From contig OZ287701.1 in the NCBI GenBank assembly GCA_965649825.1, positions 237,101 through 301,100 on the forward strand: a stretch of DNA of 64,000 bases, read 5' to 3'. Of this stretch, positions 1-12,844 are shown piece after piece. Both the position numbers and the translations under genes were made by a program. How positions within the stretch are numbered: position 1 is the stretch's first letter; each line of letters begins with the position of its first letter. The notes below the pieces were generated by a model, which saw nothing but the letters and a program-made list of their open reading frames with translations, made no database searches and was not told where the DNA came from. The stretch comes from Penicillus capitatus. Its lineage: Eukaryota > Plantae > Chlorophyta.

Positions 1-1
1 A

Positions 2-962
2 TTGACTTGTCGATTGTCGAGAATACCATGACACGGCTCGCGTTTGGCACCGTCGCTTTCATCTTTGCATTCGCGCACGTCGTCTTCGGACAACCCAACT
101 GCTATTATAAGAAGATTAAAATCGCTATCGCGCGAGACGAGGAGCGTTGCGCCGCAGCATGCAAAAACTGTAAGGCTGTCTCTATGACGTGTCTATCACC
201 GTATTCACCGGGTTCCTTTTTGGTCAGACGCCAGTAATCTTGTCGGACCGTGTGTTGCCTATCTCTATGAAGGTTTTCAAGAGATCTGCACTGGATATGT
301 TATCGACCGTCAAATCAATTATGCCTTTAACTTCTCCGAATGTGGCATCAACTATGAAGCCGATCTCACTTTACCGATAAACGAAGAATCGGCGCAGGAA
401 TCGACGCGTAGCCCACCTGGATGCATGATAGACGGGGAAAACATCGGTGCCAGTGTCACAGCGCAAGACTGCGAAAACCATTGTCGCGCACGTAAGCCGC
501 AGCAAGATGTGTTGTCTCTTGTGACGTTCGTCTGGCCATAGTGGACAGCGTCAGATTTGGAGGATGTGCTGCGTGGTTCCATAATCCGGAGATAGAACAC
601 TGCGTTGGCTTGCTCTCTTACGGTGACAATGGAGAAGGCATTTGTGGACTCCCTCTCCCATAGATAGACCACTCTCTGTGCTACTCTCATTTTCAAGCCA
701 CTCTGCATTTCTCCAGTAGTTTTTATTGAGTGAACGTCATCGCGCTCACCATCACCTGAAAGGAGTTCGTTAAAGCTGTTTAGGGAGACGAAGACATGAC
801 AATGACGTTAAAAACGATGATGACGTTTACCATATCGTTGTAGCCCATCGTATCATTCATCGGCACGCGCATTAACGCTGGACGACAGTCTTTTGCAAAC
901 TGCAATCTATAACAGATTTGAATCGTTCCCATTTTCAACCCTGTCTCTTTCTGTCATGCGAT
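2..962 (+). repeat. Segmental duplication unit, about 0.96 kb (second copy at about 8590-9553)
   Basis: 5' flank, gene, both introns and about 300 bp of 3' flank align with 8590-9553. The distal 3' flank is near-identical. Confidence 0.9.
28..663 (+). CDS. Small secreted protein with two PAN/Apple-like Cys-rich modules (PAN-A), 3 exons
   Basis: Signal peptide MTRLAFGTVAFIFAFAHVVFG. GT-AG introns at 170-227 and 492-541 join the frames into ...CAAACKNYASNLVGPCVAYLYEGFQEIC...DCENHCRALDSVRFGGCAAWFHNPEIEHC...GLPLP*. The C-x3-C...C-x2-aromatic-x-aromatic...C spacing is PAN/Apple-like (domain call is inference). The paralogue at 8616 has the same structure. Confidence 0.85.
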
Positions 963-1289
963 AGAATATAAGTCAGGCTTGGACAGTGATCTTGGCGGTG
1001 TTAGAAATGTGAGAAAAGTCTGTCATGATCGAATGAGGCGATGAGACTTCGCCACTCCTGAGATAAATAAGCTAAGTTACAATGCTTGCAAAGTTTGGTA
1101 TTTGGGTATTCGTCGGTTTTGTGGGTGTGGATATCACCTCAGCCGGAGCAGTGATATTCTGGTGCTTCATACCAACGCGTATATGTATTTGCCCGTGCAG
1201 TTCAAAAAAATATCACCTCTGTCTACAAGCTCTTTCAACAGTTCTTTGTTTGCTAATAACCTAAAACAGTTAAAGTCAATAAGAGAACC

Positions 1290-1444
1290 TGTCGTAGGGG
1301 TCAGCTGTTAACTTCACTGTCGTACCATCTGGACAACTGTCCCCCCTTCTGAGTCACATCAACGCCTAGATACTTATACGCGCCCTTGTATTGAACTCTG
1401 CGTCGTTTGTAACCATTCAGTGTTTGTAGCATCCTACCTCGACG
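1290..1444. mobile_element. Solo LTR-like insertion, family 2 (155 bp, TG...CG termini)
   Basis: Runs TGTCGTAGGGG...CTACCTCGACG and is flanked by 5-bp direct repeat GAACC (1285-1289, 1445-1449). Homologous copies at 38690-38842 and 39388-39538 each have their own 5-bp TSD. Confidence 0.85.
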
Positions 1445-1474
1445 GAACCATCAATCAATCTTTTCTCTGAACGG

Positions 1475-1606
1475 TGTCGCGTTGTCGATGAACGACACGA
1501 ATACGACGAAGGCGTATCGTTTAACAAAGACTATTCAAACAATAATTTTCTGAATCTATACAACTCTTTGGTCAGCTGCACGAAGGTGAACAGCTGTCCA
1601 CTGACA
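1475..1606 (-). mobile_element. Solo LTR, family 1 (same family as the TRIM LTRs at 19712-20499)
   Basis: Runs TGTCGCG...CACTGACA with 4-bp TSD ACGG (1471-1474, 1607-1610). Shares ACGACGAAGGCGTA, AAAGACT and CAGCTGCACGAAGGTG(G/A)ACAGCTGTCCACTGACA with the TRIM LTR. Confidence 0.85.
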
Positions 1607-2489
1607 ACGGCTAGCACTGTAGTACTCACGGCCGAAAGCGTTTACGAGACACCAACGAATCCATTATGTCCGAATGTGTCGTTCGCATAATTCGGTGACA
1701 ACGACAGCGCATCCGTCGGGATTCGATGAATTCTGTTTGTTCGTTTGACGGATAACGGTTCGCGGTTTAGTAATCCTCAACAGGGACATTTGACTGTCTT
1801 TACCCTCAACCTTCGAAGAGTGGTGCAATGGTTTCAAGGCTTAGTCTACGGACGTGGGAGTTGCGGCGAATAAGATTTTCGAATAACTCTTCACCGGAGC
1901 GATCGAGAACATTCTTCCACTGCTACAAAAGCCAGGAAGGCCCGAAAGGAGGATAGAAACGCTGCCATGTGCTTAGGGTTGTTAGTGAAACAGAGACAAG
2001 ATTTTTGACATCTAAGAAGCCTCAGGTTTCCGTAATAAGCCACAGCAGGAATCCTCCTCTTGGAAGCCTGGAGCTACACATTCGGACAACTCACTAAGGG
2101 AGTTATCCAGTTCGCTTTTTAATCGATTCCGTTCTACTGAGACATGGATAACTCTTGAGGCCTGACCGCTAAGAATTTGATGCGTTATTCTACCATGGCG
2201 TTGCCAAGTTTTGTGAGGTCTTTGAAAGCTTGGGGCTTTTGCAATACCTTGACCTGGGTTGTGCTCGAGAATGATCTCAAGTATACACTTGATAACATTA
2301 CTTGTATTGTCGGCGTTGACGAGGATCGCACAGATGAATTCTCTGAACCGAATGCGGTTTTTGAGAAGCGTGTAAGCGCGGAATTCGTTAAGGTCTTCAC
2401 GACTGCTTCGAAATCTAGGAGGTTAGTTTCCCAGTGTCGTCATTCTGTTCGAGATGTTCTAGACTCACAACAGACAATACTACGGCCTT

Positions 2490-5400
2490 GATGAATAAGC
2501 ACCGTTCCCCGGAGTTCTGTTTATTGCTCTGTGAGAAACGGAGTCTAAGACACCCCCGGACATAGCTCAACTGCTCTGCACGCGAGCCACCCGTGACGTA
2601 GCCGCTAGGAGACTGTTCCGCGACTACTCGGCGGAGCTCCCGAATCTGCAAGAACACGAACTCCGTGTCGCTTACATTGGTCTCGCTGGGCACCAACCGA
2701 AGGTAGACCAACACGAAGCGGGAACGCTCAACAAGCAGCAGCTGCTGGAAAGGATCACCATATATTTTCTTGAAACGAAGAAGGGGGATGACTCGTGGGA
2801 CGAAGTATCGCAGAAGAGCGACCTTGGAGTCGGAGTCTTCGCAACCGAAGGAACAAGCAGTGGAATCGCAAGATCACTTACGCCCGCCGCCGCACTTCAC
2901 ATTCGGGGGGTGGACGGCATCCCTTGCCAACGGCCTCCAGATGGCACACTTTGCCCTAAAGAAAGCCAAGAGGAAAGGAGAAAGGCATGGGCGACAATAC
3001 GGTTCCATCCCGGCTTGCCTGCTCGAAGAGGTCGCCTCGGCAAGGACACACCTCCAATCCGTCATCCGAGCGCGTAAGAGAGAAGCATGGAGGGAGTTCT
3101 TGATTGACAACAGCATCACCACCAGGGATCTCTGGTCTACATAAAAAAGGCTGACAAAGCCTTCCGGGGTAACGAAGATCGCTTTCCTAACCACTGGGAC
3201 GGGAGAACTTGTGGAAGAACCACCCAAGATAAGCGAAATGCTATTCCAGAAGTTCTTCCCGACCAACCCCAATGCAGAACCGCAGAGAACTTACGCTGAG
3301 ACGTGTCCTCCGCCACCGGTGTCGGTAGCCGAAGCAAGAAGAGCATTTACCGGCGGTAGACTGTCTGCATCCCCTGGTCCTGACGGCCTCCCAAAGACCT
3401 TGATATCGCGCGCTTTCCGGATCTGACCGGAGGTTTTTGCGGCTATCGCCACAAGGTCGTTCCAGTTGGGCTTCCCGCCGCCGTCCTGGCAGCAATCTGA
3501 GGTAATTTGCATACCGAAGAAGCCGAACCCACACAATGAACTGTCTCTACTACGCCCAATAAGTCTCATTGGCTCAGTGACTAAGTGTGTTCACCAGATC
3601 GTGGCACAACGACTGGCCCAGTTCATCGAGTCCAAGAACGGCTTCTCCCCGCATCCCGTACTCAGAACAGCTGAACAATCTCAGACCAGGCAGCAAGCTT
3701 CATGAAGCTCATCGGCAGGCTTGCGTTACTCTTTCCAACAATGCGGCAACTCTCAGCGAGAAGGAACAAGAAAGAGTGAGACGCCAGAGACAGTTTGGAT
3801 TCAAATTCGGGAGAGGCACAGCGGATGCACTGGTGGAATCCACAGATTTCATCGAGCGGAACCTAGGGGCAGGCCGCGAGGTATATGGGGCAGCGTTGGA
3901 CATTAAAGGTGCCTTCGACAGTATCAGACCGACCGCGGTACTGGATGCATTAGAGCGTCTGGACACCCCTCCCTATCTCATGCGCTGGATACAATCCTTT
4001 TTCGGGAATAGAGAAGCCATGCTGGACATAGAAGGAGGATGCTTCACACACTCCCCGTCCATCGGGACCCCGCAGGGAAGCCCCCTATCCCCGTTGCTCT
4101 TTATAATAGGCATGAATCCGATCCTGGAGCTGATAGACGGTTTGGATGGACTTCATGCCCAAGCTTATGCTGATGACATTTTGGTCCTCAGTGCAGCCCC
4201 CTTCCGAAAGGGTAGCCCAGATAAGCTACAAGAGACTCTCGACCGAATGAATACTTGGGCACAAGATATGGGACTGGTCTTCGCACCGGAGAAAATTTTT
4301 CAGATCAGATTTGCGAAACGAAAAAGAAGACGCGACCCCCTCCCAATATTCCTGCGTAGCCAGCAACTCGTGAGGAAAGCTGCTGTGCTTTACTTAGGGG
4401 TATGGCTCGATGAGACGCTGTCCTAGAGTCCGCAAGTGGCCAGTGCAGCTGGGAAAGCCCGTGCGCGCTTGAACTGGATCCGACGAATGACCGAACCGAC
4501 TTGGGGTATGTTAACAGAAGCTGTCGAGAAACTGGTCAGTCGAGTCATGGAACCTGTGGCCTACTATGGAGCAGAAGTATGGCAAGTTGCGGCGTACAAC
4601 GAACGGAAGCTGCCCCCCCCCTGGTGAAAGCAATGCGACAAACCTGTCTACTTCTGTCTGGAGCATTCAGGACTACCTCCTACCCCTCGGCTTACACGCT
4701 CGCGGGCGCCCGCCCGCCCGCTTAACAAATCATACTGATGGGGGTACACCAACGGTTCTGGCCCCGCGGACCGGACACGCTGTCCGCTTCCTGATGGGAC
4801 GGCGGTCCGCGGGGGCCGACGGGTATAAAGCTGACGTCATGCCCTGCCTGTAGCATTTGCATTTGCTCAGGTTCGTCTCTCCGCTTCGCTGTGGCGCGAG
4901 CGCGCCGCGGTGCGTCTTTCGTTTGGCATCCCCGTCACATACAACAAGCGTTGTATTTCGACTCCAGGCGAAGACACAGAGTGCTGGCAAATCCGCTGTT
5001 CTACCAAGCAAGATCAGAACGTTCAGCGGGTCAGTGCTACCCCAGAATCGCATGGTCCCGCTGGCAAAGAGCGAACCCTCGAAAACCACTGGAAATCCTA
5101 CCTCGACAGATCCACCCCTGATCACCGCTCTCTCCTCACCATCTGGGCCTTCTAACAGGCTCCGCCCGACCCCGGACTCCGAACGCCCGGACTGGATACT
5201 GACTGTCTCGACGCAAAAAGACCGAATCCGCCACCGCCTCGGCACTAGCTGGGGACTATCGAAGGGCGACACCCGACATGGTGAAAGCCGGTGGCATCGT
5301 GATTGGACGTCGGCGGAGATCTCCACTCTCGTGGGACTGCGAAACAGTCTGCGCACACTCAGGAAGCTTTCGGCTCAGAAGGCTCAGAATCGAAGACAAA

Positions 5401-6210
5401 GCCTTGGCCTGATCCTGGACCGGGCCGGATCCAAACAGCAGCTCTCAGCTGGACCAACGTTTCAGAGGTCAGCATCCAGGTTCAACAAGAGCTTCTCGAC
5501 TGGTCTCTGGAAGGTCACTCGATCTTTTGGACGACCCAGAAATGGCAACCCGGCTCTCTCTCGCAATGGCAGAATGGCGCCGCGCGACTTCAATCACAGA
5601 GGAAAGTATTCGCGGGCCGAAGGGGATCCCCCGGACAGATCGTGTATCAGACAACGAATCTCGCACTACCTGAATGGCGAGGCGGAAAAAGACATCAGAC
5701 AGAGACTGACCAGCCATCACCTGACCGGCTATCTGACAAATTTCCGGCGTGGGCACTTCCCAGGGAAGTATCTGGAAAGACTTCAGACTTCAAGACTCTC
5801 GCAATTCGCAGCCAACCATTTCCCCTCGAACCAGTACCTCTTCAGATTCGGAGCTCTGGCAGAATCACCGGCCTGTGCATGTGGCGCTGCACTGGAAGAT
5901 AGAGACCACCTACTTATGGAATGTCCACTGCTCCAAGCGGGCCGGAGGAAGCTACAAAGACAGATAGCGGAAACGCTTTCCATCGCATGCATCTTGCAGC
6001 ACCCGAAGGAACTGTCGGAATTCGTAGAATGCATTGGTGACTAACGGCGCCGGGCAGGAAGAAGATGGGGTAGCACCCAGACCAGTCTGTGACTCAGTTC
6101 TCTGACCCAAATGTGACACTCTCTTTTCGATCCATCAATACATTTCCTGTTGTCTAGACGCTCTCTCGATCTTATTAATAGAAAGATGTAAAAGCTTCCA
6201 AACAAAAAAA
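2490..6210 (+). mobile_element. Decayed, 5'-truncated non-LTR retrotransposon (LINE ORF2: RT, RNase H-like region, C-terminal CCHC; I/R1/Tad1-like)
   Basis: RT motifs RPISLIGSVTK, QFGFKFGRGTADAL, LDIKGAFDSI, GTPQGSPLSPLLF, QAYADD and YLGVWLD. Degenerate RNase H-type segment at about 4900-5600. C-terminal CACGAALEDRDHLLMECP. Multiple frameshifts and in-frame stops (3142, 3424, 4424). A-rich tail CAAACAAAAAAA near 6200. Both boundaries are approximate and no TSD was found. Confidence 0.9.
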
Positions 6211-7100
6211 GTCAAGGACGGTGATCCTATCCCATTCTGATGGTATACCTGCTACTGTTTCCTTGACGCTTGTCACCTGGTCTTCCACATTCGATAGTAG
6301 GTGTTCAAAAGGCGAAAGTCGATTATCTTGCGCGCCTTTCCATTGAGTTTTCTATCCTATATCGTAGGGCTCAGGAATACCCTTTCGAGAGGTCTCGCCC
6401 TTCTGATGACGCCACGCAGCTCCATGTCGGTGACACACTGTCGGCTTCTTCACTGGAGACGTCTCCCGATTCATAACGAGCGCCGCTGTTGCAACTTAAC
6501 ATGTCCTCAACGTCCTTGAGCCACTCGATCTCTTTGTGGCAGAGTTTCAATCGAGTGATCGACTTTCCAACGCTGAACATGCCTTGCGAAATACTGCTGG
6601 GAATTTCTGCACCCAGTGATTTAGATCGGCTTTCTGTGCGTGGGCTGAGGTCGAAGCTAACACGAGACTCATTGAAGGATTTGCGTCGTTGCTTTTGACT
6701 TAGTGGACCATTTAGTTGGACCTGCGGTGTTCAAGAAACGAGCGATTCTTGCAACATCGCCCCTCTCACATCGAACTCTTCCAAAAAAACAATCACTTCG
6801 TTCTTGGTAGTTTGCCGGTGTATTGTTAGATGTTTACAAAAAACAATCAAGCATTTTCTCCACCCTTAGTTCACAGCGCATTTCATTATCGCCCGCGGAC
6901 TGTCACATCCTTTCACAACCAAAATCAAACACCAACAGTAGTGTCGGGAAGGCGAAGGAGAGGAGAACATCCAAGTCGACACGACGTCCCTTTTTGTCAG
7001 ACATGACGTGAAGCATGCGTCATGAAATTTGGTATAAAACCGAGGGTTTTGAACTAAAAAATCATCTTTAAAAGACCACTGTCTGTTTACGCACGTCCGT

Positions 7101-7232
7101 TGTCGTGTTTGTCAACGGACAACGGGTTAACGACGAAGGCGTAAGGATTACAAAGACTGTTCGAACAATAATTGTAAGAATTTATGCAATTCTTTGGACA
7201 GCTGCACGAAGGTGGACAGCTGTCCACTGACA
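7101..7232 (-). mobile_element. Solo LTR, family 1
   Basis: Runs TGTCGTG...CACTGACA with 4-bp TSD CCGT (7097-7100, 7233-7236). Both ends match the TRIM LTR (reverse complement). Confidence 0.9.
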
Positions 7233-8615
7233 CCGTTTGCATACAAACCATCCGCGTGACAGTAGTATCATCAAAGTTCGGTTTCCCATCCTTGAGGACG
7301 TGTTACTTTAGGCTCGATTTGCTGTTTACTGGGTTTCGTCGGTGCTCATGTAATTGCAGATGGATTTAACATAATCGACGCTCCGAATGTCGTTCGTCAA
7401 CGACCGTTTTGCTTATAGGTATCCTTTGAAACCAGTCTCGCACAATCGCGCCATTCTCACTCTTGCTTCGAGTTTATCAAGATCGGCATTGAGTATTTTG
7501 TTCAGCTTTTCAGTTTTCGAATCTCCTTAGATGGCTCGTGGAACGAGACGTATGTAGCCGAAATCTCAGCAACCTTCGTAATTTCACGCGGTTGTCGGTA
7601 ACTCGGCGGAAGCACAAAACAAAGTCTAGCAAGGTCTTAGTCCTTTCCTTCTTCAACCTTTGGAAGCGTTCTTCCGACGATAGTGTTGACTTTACTAAAA
7701 GCATACCTTCAGGTTTTGCTACAATGGCTGCCCAATGTATCCGATACTCGTCCTTTCGAGAAAACCGTTCTGGTTTTTCCTCGAAATAACATGTCTTTAC
7801 CTTGTTTATCGTTAATATCTGAACTAGAACGACGCTTGCGATGTATTATTAAGCTGGCAGGAGTGAGCTTATCGATGTGACTCAACAATAAACGGATACG
7901 CGCCTGCCCCGGATTTTTACACGTCGTCACAAACGGAATGAGCCACTCCGATAGCACGCTTGTTCATTTGTCGGAGGACTTTAGCATGAGCTCTCGAAGC
8001 ATACGAACTGACGATATGACTAGGTATATGCAGATAATTGTTGCACAATTAAAACAGCCACGTAGTCGTTCACGTTCAATCTACCCACGTCACAACAGCT
8101 CACACTAAGAAAAACTCTTCACGTTTGTTGATTTGACGAAACAGTGCTCTCCGTCTCGGCATTACTGAACACCGCATACATTTATGGAACCTTGTAATGA
8201 TGCGAGAATGGATAAAGAGAGAGGCAAACGAAACACGTTTGCACCGAGTTACGGCGAGGCATATTCGCGATGGCATCTGTCGAGGGAAAAAACCTACAGA
8301 GCTATGAACTGCCGATAAAGGTAGTCTATTAAAAAACGTTTGGCTTTGACGTAGGTGTTCGCATCATTCCGTTACGGCGCTTCGACGAAATATGACGTAT
8401 TCTGACGTAAACACATGTCATGCCATTGTTTTGCAATGAGATTCCGCGCGGTATGCAGTCTTTTCTCCGTGAAGATTTGCAGAAATGACTCGCTGCGCAT
8501 CACCTGCTCCGTGATTCGGCTACGATAAAAGACGCACCGTGTCGACCAGATGTCGACCGTGAACGCGTTTTCCTCCGCGACGTTGCCGTTTGACTTGTCG
8601 ATTGTCGAGAATACC

Positions 8616-9251
8616 ATGACACGGCTCGCGTTTGGCACAGTCGCTTTTATCTTTGCATTCATGAGCGTCGTCTTCGGACAACCCAACTGCTATTATAATG
8701 CCCTTAAACTCGCCATCACGCGAGACGTGGATAGCTGCGCCGCAGCATGCAAAAACTGTAAGGCTGTCTCTATGATGTGCCTGTCACTGTATCCACCGGG
8801 TTCCTTTTTGGTCAGACACGAGCAACCTCGTCGGACCGTGTTTTGCATTTGTCTATGAAGATTTTAGCGAGGGCTGCAGTGGATATTTTATCGAACGCCG
8901 AATCAGTGAACACCCTCGTTACTCTTATTGTGGCGTCAACTATGAAGCCGATCTCACTTTACCGGTAAACGAAGAATCGGCGCAGGGATCGATGCCTAGT
9001 CCATCTGGGTGCATGATAAATTTTGAAGACCTTGGCACCACTGTTACGGCGCAAGACTGCGAAAACCGTTGTCGCACACGTAAGCCGCAGCAAGACGTAT
9101 TGTCTCTTATGACGTTCATCTGGCGACAGTGGACAGCGGCGTATTTGGCGGATGCGCTGCGTGGTTCTATAATCCAGAAAAAGAAACATGCATGGGTCTG
9201 CTCTCATTCGAAGACTATAGAAAGAGTACCTGTGGACTCCCCCTCCCATAG
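8616..9251 (+). CDS. Small secreted two-PAN/Apple-like protein (PAN-B), 3 exons
   Basis: Same signal peptide, intron positions and Cys skeleton as PAN-A. Ends ...TCGLPLP* at TAG 9249-9251. Confidence 0.85.
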
Positions 9252-10185
9252 ATAGACCACTCTCTGTGTACGAGTGCCACTCCCATTTTCAAGCCACTCT
9301 TCATTTTTCTAGCAGTTCTAAATGAATCAACGTCATCGCGCTCACCATCACCTGAAAGGAGTTCGTTAAAGCTGTTTAGGGAGACGAAGGCATGAGAATG
9401 ACGTTATAACGATGATGACGTTTACCATATCGTTGTAGCCCCTCGTATCATTCATTGACACGCGCATTAACGTTGGACGACAGTCTTTTGCAAACTGCAA
9501 TCTATAACAGATTTGAATCGTTCCCATTTTCAACACTGTCCCTTTCATGCGATAAACAAACAGCCAGGTACAGACTCGGATCTCAGTGAGAACATCTGGC
9601 CATGAAGAACAGTGCATAACAAGGAACAGTCCAGAATTTACGGCACATCCATCACTGAGCACAGAAACATACCGACAAAGTCCAAAAGGATATCTTTCTT
9701 CTCGCTACTCTAACAGACTTGGAGAAAGACTTATTGAGTGACCTTATTCATGACATGCAAGAAAGCATTAGAAATCAACAAAACACGATTCTAAACGATC
9801 GATGCATTCTCCACAGTTTTTTATCCCTTGTCACGGATATGCCATTAATGGCACATGTTGAACAAGTAATTCCACGCGCTTAAGAGTTTTTACTCTATTT
9901 TACAAACCTTTCTTGCGAAATAGAAAAGAAGTTGACAGGAGAAATGTCTCCTTGGTGCATAGGTTCTAAAAATAAGACATCATGAACGACCATCTTCTGT
10001 GACTCGATGATCGTTCATCAATAAGGTTTTGTGATAGACGCCTGTCAGGCAACAGCCGCAGAGGGCGTTTTCTAAACGGTAAAGTTCGTTCCTAGACCCA
10101 TCCATTTCCATATCTTAGAATTTGTTGATGTGTCGAAAGAACCGACTGGGATGTTATTCAGGCAAAGATTGCATTTTGTTATACG

Positions 10186-12510
10186 TCAGACGCGTCGAGC
10201 TTTCTTCAGTTCATCGATATCCTTTCTCAGTCCCTGTTTCAGTCCACGTTTGCACGACGTGCGCGATAGACAACGATCTCTACCTCGACAGCTTCGATAA
10301 GACGTCGCATCTGTTCTTCCTGCTTCTGCAAAGATCTCGACGATCCTCTTTCCTCTGGCACTGTCCGCAGGCTTTGGTTTCTCCTGTTCCCATATGACGT
10401 CGATGCCTAGAGAAGACGGCTGATCGCTGACATTCACAAGGGCCCATCAAACTTGTTGCTGGTTGTGGACTTCTGAAATCTCATTGTGAGAATCAGACGG
10501 CACTCGCGAGATGGAATCATGCGGCGATGGCGAGGCGCAATCTTGCTTTTCAACGACGAGGAAATGAACGTAATGTCCCAGCGCTGGCTTCCATCTTCGA
10601 GGAATAAACACCTCCAGCTTTTCCATTGCCTTTGCACGGCTAATGTTATAAATCACTCTTGAATCATCCATGACCTGTATCAAGAAAGTATTGAAGCAGG
10701 AAGGTTGACATAGATCGTCAAACGTGCCGTGCGGTACTCTTGTGTCATGACAGCGATGAGCAGATTTAGCATCGTGATGGACATGACGGCTTGAAAGAAA
10801 ACGAAAAAGATCCCTTTGACTGTTCTGTTTGTCGTCTCGAATACATAATCTGTATTGAAATCTCCCAACAGAATGGCATAGCTCGTGACCAGGGCACGCC
10901 CCACATTGCTGAAATCCTCATCAGATTCACGGTCATCTGCTTGCACCCTACGGCTGTTCAAATCAACTTGTTCGTCTTCAGTGGGCGTATGTAAGGATTC
11001 CTGGAATGTCCGTGACTACTGTGATCACGCTGTGGAGATTACTGTTGAAGGCTTACGACGTCGTGTTTGTAGAGGACAGCGAAAGCGAACGCCATTGAGA
11101 CCATGGTCACCAGTATGAAGCTCGAGAACCATCGGACGTGGTACATTAGACGCACGAGAAGGTCCAGAAAGGAACCGCCCTCACTGAAGGTCCTGCCCCG
11201 CACGAATGGATCTGCACGTTAGAGAATTTGATTGGCACGTACCCGAAAAAGTGCTGCATCTTAAAGAAGAGCACGACACATTGGACCGCCAGAAGTGCGT
11301 TGTAACGATTGCAGTCCAGGAAAAGGTCACAGAAATGACAGTAGGAGATAAACACCTGGAAAGGGCGTGGATAGAGAGCATCGATATTGTCTGCCTTACC
11401 TGCAAGCCGAATGGAAATATATCGCAGAGATGCGCGGCGGCCGCCCAGTCGAAACCGTGAGAAAAGAGAGCACGGATCTCGATGAAGCCAAAGGGTAGAG
11501 CACAAAACAAAGCGCAACCATCTGCCAAATTTGCCACCCAGGGCAAGAAGTTTTCCTCGCGAAGGCTCTCCACATCTGTCTCCTAAACACATCATGTGTC
11601 TATTCGTTGCTGAGCTGTGATCGGTGGCCGACGATGTAGATGCCCAGAAAGACGGTATACGAGATAAGCCACACACAATACGCCCAAAACTGAAACATTA
11701 AAAACTTGAAGGCCCAATGGCGCCATTTGTATTCGACGACGGCACGGAGACATGGGTAATCCCAAATTCTTCTGTTGAGGACGCCGACTTGCGTTCGGAA
11801 CATGGCCGTCTGCAGTAGACCATTGGCATGTCCCGACGCTGCATCTTTAATGTTGACAACATAAGCAGTGACGCAAATATCCGTTTCATTCATTTGAAGG
11901 CCTATGCAAACATTCTTCCTCTCCTTTGTACGGTATCTCAATGAGAGGCGGCAGACTGTTCAGTTGGTTGTTCAACTGTTGTCGGCGATTGACATATTTT
12001 CGGATATCCTCCTTCCAGTTTGTTTCGTATTCCTTATCATTTGCCGTATCTGACCCGCGGGTCAGCATCATGACTTTGGAAAAGGCCAACAGAACGTCGG
12101 AACTCTTCACAAATATCCTCGCCGAGGCACATCCTCTAAATCAAACGTACCGGGACATTGAAAGAACCGAGCTTCTTGATGCCATGTTGTTTATGTCTTG
12201 ACATGTTCTCGAGATCCGACAGCTCAAATGCACTGCTTTGACAAAATGCACAGCGGATATCTTAGAACGCATCGAATGAGATACGCACACCGTACGGAGA
12301 TTCTACGGACTGCCGCTGATAACCCATTCTGCCGTCACTTGCTTCCGTGTCGGATGCTTCATCTGGAAAGGATTCAACGTCGCCCATGTCCACGGCATTC
12401 ACGATAGCTTTCGATATCCGCCGGTATTTCACGGCCAGTGTTCTTCTCAACGTCCGAACGTCATTGGAGTCCGAACGCTCTTCAGGTCGAAGAAAAGGCT
12501 GCTGGCTCAT
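10186..12510 (-). CDS. TRP-like 6-TM cation channel (TRP-1), multi-exon, no ankyrin repeats
   Basis: Pre-S1 YPCLRAVVEYKW, S4 YNALLAVQCVVLFFKMQHF, pore YAILLGDFN, S6 QAVMSITMLNLLIAVMT, TRP-helix-like VIYNISRAKAMEKLE and a C-terminal coiled coil. Intron positions are shared with the paralogues. Exon boundaries near both ends are less certain. Confidence 0.8.
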
Positions 12511-12844
12511 TGCGTTTACAAAACTGCCGACTGGACGCAACCGGGAAAACAACGCGCCGAGTAGTAGGTACACGTGAGGAAATCGTCAAAGAACGTTTGT
12601 TAACGATACGTGCTTTCAAAGCGCTTCAACGACGTCAGAAGACTACGACACCGTACTTACATAAAGTGTCACATCAAAACACAACTAACGTATGACCAGC
12701 AAACAGAAACACACAATTCCCAGAGAAAGAGACTTCAACTTTAACCCACCGTGTGACAATCCGCACACACATATAACTGCCCAAGTACATGGCCGGTGAT
12801 CAACACGTGCCATGGGTATGCACAGCGCATGCCGTTCTGAAGGT

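Noticed and set aside
2415-2714. Inverted endonuclease fragment (twin-priming 5' inversion) at the LINE 5' end
   Set aside because: The plus strand already reads as the EN-RT linker. The minus-strand resemblance is not convincing.
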